Translations under genes and position numbers: made by a program
DNA from: Bigelowiella natans CCMP2755
Taxonomy: Eukaryota > Protista > Cercozoa
NCBI GenBank assembly: GCA_000320545.1
Contig: ADNK01000828.1
Location: 124,001 to 188,000 of the forward strand
Direction: 5' to 3'
DNA length: 64,000 nt
Shown here: piece after piece, positions 54,059 to 64,000 of the stretch
How the letters are laid out: every line of letters starts with the position of its first letter
Numbering within the stretch: the first letter of the stretch is position 1
The notes under the pieces: model-generated
What the model was told of the DNA's origin: nothing
Databases searched by the model: none
The model's input: only the letters and a program-made list of their open reading frames with translations

Positions 54059-55482
54059 TAATAATGATAAAGATAGATAATAATAAAACAAAAAAGAACG
54101 ATGTATACAAACCCTTTGGAATCTCCTCAGTGCTAATCATGCTCATTCGTCCGCCTAGCATTGCCGGTTTCATCTTCTGCATGTTGGTTATTCAAGATGA
54201 TAAAATCACGATGATCGCAATGCACATCACGCATGCATGAGAGGTGAGTATAAACATTGCTTATTATATGTGCATCTTAAAGTGGTTTGTTCCACCACAT
54301 CCGTGAGGCCTTTTGACTGGAAGAATTCATAGGCTTGCTCTACGAGGTTGCTAGCTACATAGATAAGTTAATAAAGTAGTAAGGAAAAAACGTTATAATA
54401 AGATGGCAGAAGGAAATAAAATTAAGCTTACTAAAGATAAATTAAGGTAGTAGAAGGTAGGCTTAATTTAGATCAGCAATGCCGCATTGTTTGTTTGATA
54501 TTAGCTTCAGGTGCAGTTGACGGATTCCAAACCTGGTTCTGGCATGAAATCAGGTATTTTCGACACACTTTGCAGATTTGCAATAGTGGGGATGGTTGTT
54601 GCTCTAGGGGAATGATGCTCAAGTCTTCGAAGTCTTCGCACCGAAAAGCCTAAAACAAAAAGACGATATGCAAGAAACATAAAGGTATGTTTGAAGCCGT
54701 ATACCGGCACATAGGCACATGATTTTGTGCATCGAGCTTAATATGCTCTTTCAGCATCATCCTGGGGATCTCTCGTCCATGCAGGAGGTTCGTTGTTGTG
54801 GTTGTTGTTGTTGGAGGGGGAGGAGGAGGAGGAGGAGGAGGAGGGTTTAAATAAATTTATTCGACGTTAGCAAAATTTTGTCGCTCTCTCTCTGACAGAA
54901 CTCCCCCTCTTGATACTACAATACGAGGAGGGGCGAAAAAGCAGGACAGGTTTCTCATTGTTAATGAGGAGGAGGGAAATAAGTGCTACCCCGAGCCTGG
55001 GACTTCCTATGCAAAAAAGTCGATTTGGACGAGCTTGTGAACCTTCTTCCAACTATAGAACCTGCTGCATATGTTATCGCTGATGAAATAATGCAGCAAG
55101 AACCACAAAGGAGGGTATTATAAGCACTACTCGAAGGTACCTTGGACCACTTGGTTCATAATGAGGAGACAGCAAAGTAAGACAGGGGAGGGCATGCTTT
55201 TTCGAAGAACCCATCTATTGTCCGACAAGATGCACATCGTAGTTTTGGTAGGTAGGGATGCTGCGCAACGAGGAGGAGGAGGACGAGGAGGAGGACGAGG
55301 AGGAGGAGGACACGAGGACAGCAAGTCCTGCTCGTACCAGAGACTCGTTCTACTTCTGCTAATTTTTTATTCTCCTTGTCGTCAATACGAAACCCGATCC
55401 AATACCATGATGCGACAACGGAGAAAATCAGGAAAATTGGGATAAACCTGTAAGCATAAATCCAACATGAAAATTGTGTCAT
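48429..55482 (-). CDS. SET-domain protein lysine methyltransferase, Rubisco-LSMT/SETD3 family, probably plastid-targeted
   Basis: EQAYEFFQSKGL / GGRMSMISTEEIPKG/EPILSVPSMLCIT / LALWIMRERALGQ/DSKWVGYFKTLP / SPITWTSEERNSLLQGS / VALVPLTELL / SNAELLL / SDNPDDFV...LYTAKKQ/ILDAY...LPLELLSY / PISEMNEYE / RLAPIRGIPTK. The 5' boundary above about 54650 is uncertain; the hydrophobic leader at 55156-55482 is assigned tentatively. Confidence 0.82.
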
Positions 55483-55960
55483 TGGGGAGAGCCAAGGTTG
55501 TATAGAGAATACGACATCTGAAACTGCGAATTATTCATGATGTAATGGGCTAAGGTTGTAGGGAAGTATACCTAGCGTGATCTGAATTCATGAGTGAACT
55601 TGGTAAAAAGAAAGAAAGAAGACAGACCGAACTAATATAGAAAGAGAATTGAATCTACGACGGAGGGGAAGGGAAGGTAGTAGCCACCCGCAGTAAGAAG
55701 AAGAAGAACAACAACAACATCAACAACCAGAACAAGAACAAGAAAAAGGAAAAAAGCACAGGCACTGACTAGAGAGCTCTTATAGTTCCTCTAGGAAGCA
55801 AATTCCAAATCTGCATCAGGAATAAAGCTAAGCCATCGTTGTGACAAATAAATTCATTGATTTTGACTTCTGATAGACAGATAGGCAGACGGACAACAGC
55901 AGTAGCAGCAGAAAATTACGAGATTACCCACAGAAGTGCAACGGTAGCAGCGTCCTCAAC

Positions 55961-57608
55961 ATGGATTTCCTGAAGAAAGGTCTTGCCTCTGCAAGCAAGA
56001 TGGTGGGTTCAGCGTCGGACATGCTCACATCCGGTGTACTTAAGGAGAGGAGGGACAAGTCGTTGGAGGATGACAGGCAAAAACTCAAGGCCTTGGAAAA
56101 GATGTTAGCAAACTTTAAAAAGACACTCAAATCCTTCCAAAAGAGGGCATCTAGTCAATCACTTGCACAGCTTCAACTTGCACAGGTTAGTGAATTTATA
56201 GTTGTCGTTCTTTTTTTTGCAGCAAGCAATTACAGTCTGATATCTTATTCAAAGGATTGCCTGTATATTTTTGGCATTGTGGTAACATTTTTTTTGCCGT
56301 TATGGTATGTTCGTTAGCACATTGGTGTAGTCTACAAGGCAAGCAAATCCAGGCAAAAGTCCATTCGAGAGTTCATTGACATCCACACTCAGCTCGATTC
56401 GGTACGCTGCCATTAACAGTGATTTAATGAAAAGTAAAACCTCTTCTGAAGAAAATTTCTCGCACTCAATATTAGTTATATTTATTGAAAAAGTTTATCC
56501 TCTCCCTTGTCATTAGAGTGTAACAGTCGTAGTATTGACTCCTTCATTATATTATCTAGATGACAGGAGGGATGTTCCATATGAACTTCGATGACGTAGT
56601 TGTATCTGTCATTGATGAGTGGGCCGATTTAACAAGGAAAACCGCAATATTTCTTAAGAAAACTAATACAGAGATTAACCGGTTGAGAAAGGTAAGGTTG
56701 CCATTTCTCTCCTTTTAGTTCGTCAATAGCTGACTCGTGGAAGCAGTAGCAGCAGTAGCGGGTGTAACTGTGTGACATTTCTACTATCCTTTCATAACAA
56801 CACAGGAGGAAGCAGAGTTCATCCGTGAAAAAAAACAAGCTTTGAAGGCCAAGGATATGGGGAGGTTAAAATGTCATAGACACGCCATCACCATCATCAT
56901 AACCATTATTATTTGGTTTCACCAGATTGACAGAAGAACACAGGAAAGAGATTCGCATGCGAGAGAGTCGGGTGAATCACGTCAAAGGCGTGGTGGCTCA
57001 GATGAAATCCGATGTATGTGCGTATATCGCTTTATATATTAAAGTATATAATGTGAACGTGTGGGAATGTGAGTAATCTTTAATATGTTTGAATATGAAT
57101 CAGAAGGTCAGTTGGTACTTAGTTGTGATAACCGTTACAACAATTATTCAAAAGAAGATTACAAAACAACACCCCTTTCCTTCTTATTATGTTTTTATTA
57201 TCACCATCGTCATCATCATCATCATCAAAGCCGTACAAACAATATTACAATCAGTTAAAAGCCATGGTCAAAAAACTGGTTGACAACCGATTCTCCATTT
57301 TCGACGAGTGTTTTGTGCGATTGATGGAAACGCAGGTAACCAGGGACTATTGTGAAACACAACATAAGTATTTTCCTGCTTGACATTATTTCCGCAATCC
57401 GAACTTAATAAACAACATTCTTTACGTTATATTTGATGCATCGTTGTTATCACGCCATCCATTATTCTAACCCGCATGTGCACACTATATGTTTAGGTGT
57501 CCTACTATGAGAAGGCTGCAGAAATGGTGAAAAGCCTGAAAGTGAAAATAAATGTGTACCGTTCTAAGCGAGCAAGAATCCTCTCTTCTCCTGGTACGAA
57601 GGCCTATT

Positions 57609-57646
<38 letters not shown>

Positions 57647-59363
57647 ATGATGGTCACTCATTCACGCACTACAACGTAGTAGTAATAAATAGTAGTAATA
57701 GTCGTCGTCGTCCAAGAGTAGTGAGTCACTGGGTTGCATCCCCCCGCATGAAAATGATCTATGATCCTATCCTCCTCCTCCTCCTCCTCCTATTTCCTTC
57801 CTTAGTGGAGAAAATGCTTGGTGATGTTCCTCCAAGCATCCTTGCTCCAGGAGATGTAGACGACGTCGCAGATATTCCAGAGCCAATGATGAGAGAGGTC
57901 GAGTAGTAGTCAGTGGTGTTTGATGATGATCATGATGATGATGATGATGATGATGATCATATTATACGGTAGTATCACGATTTTCTCTTTACTACTAGCA
58001 AATAAAGATGACGTAAGATACAAAAATAATAATGAATGAGTGGATAAATGATGAAGCTGCTCTCTCTCCATTTGATAGTAATTATTGTTTTGTTTGACTA
58101 ATCTCCTCCTGCCAGGATGCTAGTACAGATTTTGACTCGAAGAAGAAGAAAGGAGGGAAAGAGAGACACTTCAACGCTACCCAAGTTAACGGCAGCAGCT
58201 ATGCAGTACACTCGGATGATGATGAAGACGAAGACGAAAGCTCGGTTAATATTACAAACATATCACATGATCTTGATGATATGATCTTGATGATGGTTAT
58301 GGTGATGGTGGTGATAGGGCTTGGATGAACCTACTATGCCTTCAAGCGACCAGAGAAGGCAACAGGAGGAAGAACAAATAGAAAAAAAGGAACAAGAAGA
58401 AAAGGAGCAGCTACCCCCAAGAGTGCAACTTACACAACAAGACCTGAACAATATGGTTATTATTATTATTATTAGGGTTAGTACTCTGTCTGTAGAGGGG
58501 GAGGAGGGATTTAGTCAGTCAGTCATTACACCATCGAAGAGAACATAAGAAAAAGAAGAAGAAGACGAAAAAGAAGAAATACACAAGAAGTACTTGTTGT
58601 ATATTGTTACTGCCACCGCCACAAAATTGTATACTTATGATGGCGTTGATGATTCGAATTTCCCTTATTATTGGGTTGGTTTGCCAATAGATGATGGGTT
58701 TGATTTCGTGAACGATACTCTTATGATGATGATGATGATCATCACCATCAATGACAATAACAGGCGACTGCTGAGATGTATAAGAAAGCAGGCGTTGCTG
58801 CCTTCAAAGAGAGCCACTTCGAAGAGGTCATATTATATTTTTAATTCAACTCTCTCTCTCTCTCTCTCCCTCCCTCCCTCTCGCTCTCTCTTGTGCACTC
58901 ATACACTCATATATTTATAAAAGTAGAGGGGGGAGGGGGGGAGTGAAAGAGGGGACACGAAATAAGGCCTTGCCGTCTTTTCTGATATTCGATGATCGCG
59001 GTAATGATCTGTTTGTCTCACCTCTCTCCTCTCCTTTCCTCTTCTTGACTAGGCTGTGACAGAGTTCGGGAAGGCTCTGAGTGTGTTGGGTTTTAATGTC
59101 GACAGTAGTAGCAGTAGTAGTAGTAGTAGTGAAAATAAGACGAGGATCATGATGATGGCGAATGCGGCGGAGAGGTACTTCTACTATTGTTATCAAATAA
59201 ATAACTACAAATGCCAAGAAATTATTGTAGTGGTGGTAGTCGTAGTAGTAGTAGTAGCAGTAGGTGGAAATTGAAGAAGTGGTGGTGGAAATGGTGGTTA
59301 TTAAGGCAACAGCAGCAGCAGCAGCAGCAGGTTTTTGTAGGGTATGCATGTAAGTAATAACAA

Positions 59364-59396
<33 letters not shown>

Positions 59397-59977
59397 CTAC
59401 TCAAAGGAGGGCAGATGAGGTAGTGGATCTAGCTTGCAGCTGCCTCAGCAACAGGGCAATGGTAATACAAAATAAGAGCGGAGACGAAAGGAGTGACCGT
59501 TATGGTGCTGATGATGATTATTGATGTGCTCTAAACCAATAGTTACTTGAAATGAATAATAACTAACACACCAACAACGTCACCACATGATGTAGTGTCA
59601 AAAGCAGCTGAGAAGCTGGAGCAAGATCGTAAAGGATGCCTCTCTTTGCATTTCCCTCAAACCTACCAAGTATGATGATGTTTCAATCAACAAGACATTA
59701 GGGGAGGGAGCGGGGAGGGGGGATTATTGTGCTCAGAAAATCACCAGAAACATGCACATACAACAACACCACACACAAGTTTTCTAGAAATTGATATTTT
59801 CCCCTCCTTTCTTCGTCCTGCGCATTGTTGTCGTTACAATGGTGTTTATGATTACGATGTAATTGCATAGAAACATCATCATGAAGAATCTGATAAACCG
59901 AGGTTTTGCATACGAGGCACTGGGAAAAGTAATTTATGTAGTATAATAAAAGAAAGGAAGAAAGCAGAAAACACCTA

Positions 59978-60018
<41 letters not shown>

Positions 60019-60665
60019 ATACACATACACATGCGGGGAGAGGGAGAGAGAGGGGGGGGGGGGGTGGTGATTGAGTTCTGATATACATGCTACATACATC
60101 CAATGATCCATCCTCCTAATAGTTAATCCTCTTCTTGACTCCTCACTCTTGAGTTCCTCAATATTGGTTTCCCCACCTTATGCCAGCATCATCATCAGCA
60201 TCATCAGCATCAGCATTTCATAACTCCTACTACTACTACTACTTACAATTATGATGTAGATGCAAGAGGCTTTGAATGACTTTCTCTCTGCTCGAAACAT
60301 GGGAGCTACCACCCCCAAGGTCCTTCAAACCATCGGCAGGATCAAGAAAGCAGCAAAACAACCAAAAATCATTCCAATGTACGAATCGAGGCCGTATGCG
60401 GTAAGTACATAATAGAAGTACAGCAACAGCAACAGGAATATCAAAATTCGCAATGATAATTAAACCCCCCCCCCCCCCGCTTACACACAACTTTGTGCGT
60501 AAAACAGGGAACTAAAGCATCATCATCAACAACAACCAACGCAACGGCGACAACAACAGCGAAAAAGTATGCTGCTGGGACGAAGAACATGAATTCGCAG
60601 CAGCAGCAGCAGCAACCAGCAGCTATTCCAAGCATCTTTGAAGGATTGGTAAACTTGTGTGTGTA

Positions 60666-60701
<36 letters not shown>

Positions 60702-60739
60702 TAAGAGCGAGGGCAAAGTATTGCTTTTGATATTAGCCT

Positions 60740-60770
<31 letters not shown>

Positions 60771-61324
60771 GACTGTGGTAGAATGAAGAATTCGACGATG
60801 ATGATAGTCAATGGTTTGTTCCTTTGTTGTTGTTATTGTGCATGTTGTTGATTCTCTTTCCGTTCCTTATTATTAGGATATTCCCTCGGGGCACAAACCA
60901 GTTCCTCCATCATCATCATCATCATCATTGGGTGGTGGTACTACTTCTTCTTCTTCTTCTGCAGCTCCTCCTGCTTCTACCAACCTTTTTGATTGGGACG
61001 GAGGTGGTGGTGATGGTGGAGGATCATCATCTGGGGTAGTATAGTAGTAGTAGGAGTAGTAGTAAATGTATGGTTAATCACATCTAATATGTGCAGTAGT
61101 AGAAGTAGTAGTAATAAAATACCAATAATAATTGTATGAATACCACAACATAAGATTTACGATCGGGAAATAGAGAGAGGGGGGGGGGGGGGGGGAGGAG
61201 AGAGACAGAGAGAGAGAGAGAGAGAAGGAGAGAAGGAGAGTAGAAGAGAAGAATGGTGAAATAAAAAACAAATAAAATCGGCAGTGATGTTGACTTGATC
61301 GTTTTCATCATCATCATATCTGTT

Positions 61325-61358
<34 letters not shown>

Positions 61359-61505
61359 CTATTATCGTCCGTTCACATACATACATCTCTCATCCATCTA
61401 CGCAGCAGCAACAACCAACGGCAGCAGCTGGTAGCGCTGCAAGAAGAGTCTCTAATGATTGGACTAAGTATATTGGAGGAGGGAATTCGGCATCAAGCGT
61501 GGTAT

Positions 61506-61550
<45 letters not shown>

Positions 61551-62442
61551 TGTGTATCAATGCTGCTGCTGCTATTCCATGTGTTGTGCCGTATGTGTGC
61601 TGGTGGTGGTAGTGGTGATGCTCTGTCTGTTCCTTGCTTAAAATAACAACAACAACAACAACATTAATTCGCTGATTGATTCTGACATATATGATTATGA
61701 TGATCATGATCAGATCAATGAGTTCAACCCAAATAACGTCAAACCTACGCCGTCCAAAAAATCGGGTGGGAAGAGGAGTTCAGGTAGTAGTAGTAATAAT
61801 GATGTGTATTATTATACAAGCCCTCACACCTCACTCACTGACTCACAAACAAAAGTAATATAAGGAATGATGATCCTCTTGATCATTGCCACAAATTTGG
61901 TGGTGGTGGTATATTTTAGCTGTTGTTATGAGTGCATTGTTTGATTGTCATCCTTATGTATCCTCCTCGCTGCTAGCAGCAGCAGCAGCGCCCACAGTTA
62001 TGTACTGTGGTATTGCTGTAGGAGGAATCATTCACTGCATGTTTGCTTGTGTTTCTACTGGTGGAGGTGATGATGATAGTATGCAAATGCTAATGATATT
62101 TCCTGCTAGAACTCCTATTCTTATAATAGTTTTTGATGTTATTGTCGTTGTTGTGATCCCTTTCCGTCCCCCCCTTCTCGCTCTCAAGGGATCATATTCG
62201 ACGAAATATTTGGCTCGGATGGCGGTGATGAAGGAGATCTTGATGTACCCGCTCCATCATCATCATCATCATCATCGTTACCGACTGGCGACGACGTTAA
62301 AGAAAGAGGAGGAGGAGGAGGAGGAAGCAGCAATAGCCACAATGGTGGCCCAGCACAATCATCATCGTCCTCTGTCATTTTCGATGATCCTGGACAACAA
62401 CAGGTACTGCTATTGCTACTACTCCTACTACCACTACTGCTA

Positions 62443-62486
<44 letters not shown>

Positions 62487-63142
62487 AATATAAATAGATA
62501 GATATATTTATATATAAACTGGTATTGTCTAAATCATCAAAAATAAGAGGACGATTACTGGATCATCTTCGTTTGTGTGGACCGCTGCTCTTCTTCTTCT
62601 TCTTCTTCTTCTTCTTCTTCATTTTATTACTATTATCATTGTTGTTGTTACTTTCACTAGGGTGGCCCTATCACGCAAATGTGCAACATCCTTGAGGCTA
62701 TGGAAGACCAAAAATTTTGGCATTTCGCACACGATAATCTGTCTCCAAACCAGTATGCAAGAATTCCTCGCGACAAGAAGATGGCCATAAGGTGGTATTT
62801 GGCTACTACAGTGCTATCATTAATATAACAAAATGAACAAGATATGACGACACAGCAAGGAAATTTGATCGATGAGTCATTAATGCCTTGTTGGTAATCT
62901 TGGTATTTCTATGCCTCCTCTTCTTCTCCTTATTCTTATTCTTCGCCTTGTCCTGGATGATGTCACCTAACAAACACCCAAATAGACCTATATGTCTATA
63001 TTCTAATCATCATCGTCGTCGTCATAAAGATTCTTGATGATATGATGTACTATATTACACACCCCTCCCTTTGGTAGATATTTGATAAAGTTGGGCATTA
63101 ACAACACGTCTTTCGTCACAAGCTGGGAAACAACATTGTGTG

Positions 63143-63175
<33 letters not shown>

Positions 63176-63449
63176 ACGTTACATACCATACCAACCAACA
63201 CCAAAGATAGATAAAAACGATGATGAGGAAAAAGGAAGAGAGTGACCGGTTTTACTCTGAGATCGAGGAAAGGGGAGGATAAATATTAGCGACAAAAAGG
63301 ATTCATGAATTGAACCCACACACACACACACACATACACACACACACACACGCCACTTTTTTGCAAACCATTCTAAGAAAAATCAATGATAAATTGTAGG
63401 GAGGAGAAGCGTTACATGCAGGCCCTTGATCAATGGGAGTTTAGGGTGT

Positions 63450-63480
<31 letters not shown>

Positions 63481-63493
63481 CAGTGGTATGATG

Positions 63494-63530
<37 letters not shown>

Positions 63531-63949
63531 GATAATGGTAATAAATTTCTCCTTCCTCATACTTTCTCTCTCCTCATCACCGCGATCGTGATCGTTATCA
63601 TCATCATTCACAAACAAACTCCAGGGAGGGATACGGAAAGACTTGATGGCTCTTCTCTCGGGACTTCATAACCTCTGTGATCTAGTCCCATGGCAAGGAA
63701 GAAAATGGAAGAGGGTCAGATCATTACTTTAGCTGGTCAATAATTAGGATGATGATGATGATATATGGGCTTTACAGATATTGTATTTGTACTCCTCTCT
63801 TCCATTCGTGGTTGTTGTTTGTTCTTATCACACTTACGATGTTAGCACCACCGCCACCACCGACTGACTAGCCTTGTTTGTTAAAGGTTGGTCTAGGGGA
63901 TCTTCAAGACCCAAATGCTCGCAAAAAATACTTCAAAAAGGCTATGCTG
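55961..63949 (+). CDS. BAR-like + TPR + auxilin-type J-domain protein, 3' end beyond the window
   Basis: N-terminal amphipathic helix and long helices (LKALEKMLANFKK...; LVDNRFSIFDECFVRLMETQ/VSYYEKAAE) resemble a BAR domain. AEMYKKAGVAAFKESHFEE/AVTEFGKAL, CLSNRAM and LINRGFAYEALGK/MQEALNDF are TPR-like. Final exons WEFR/GGIRKDLMALLSGLH...KWKR/VGLGDLQDPNARKKYFKKAML match an auxilin J domain just before the expected HPD motif. Confidence 0.8.
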
Positions 63950-64000
63950 GTAACACTATGTAGTCTGGTTTTTCTTTGTGATATAATATATATATATATA

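Noticed and set aside
63003-63194. Minus-strand ORF as a separate gene
   Set aside because: It overlaps a plus-strand exon of the BAR-TPR-J gene and is bounded by microsatellites.
1-64000. rRNA, tRNA, CRISPR arrays, transposase or reverse transcriptase genes
   Set aside because: None recognised by eye. A covariance-model and repeat-library search would be needed to exclude small or decayed ones.

Overview
Gene-dense, intron-rich eukaryotic nuclear DNA with GT-AG introns. It is most likely from a chlorarachniophyte, because atpG is nuclear-encoded and carries signal, transit and thylakoid presequences. Splicing exons by hand gives 14 genes: FIH/HIF1AN-like JmjC hydroxylase, single-domain Fluc/CrcB, a hypothetical protein, a BART-like/coiled-coil/SH3 protein, an AP2-domain protein, SCI1-like, atpG, PSMG1/PAC1, C2CD5-like, an EGF-fused cation/H+ antiporter, a GT31 galactosyltransferase, a double-domain RNase T2, an LSMT-like SET methyltransferase, and a BAR-TPR-auxilin-J protein that runs off the window. 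Most short ORFs in the supplied track are microsatellite or antisense noise. The most striking signal is non-coding. Two intergenic islands (about 34061-34842 and 38860-40045) are almost free of the dinucleotide TpA, one with about 600 bp and no TA at all, and most surviving TAs lie inside CTAG. Most spacers downstream of gene 3' ends are strongly CTAG-enriched, while introns keep long (TA)n/(TAG)n arrays. This suggests a region-targeted TpA-to-TpG/CpA mutation or base-modification system (opposite in direction to RIP) that spares CTAG. All counts are by eye and gene boundaries are hand-spliced.
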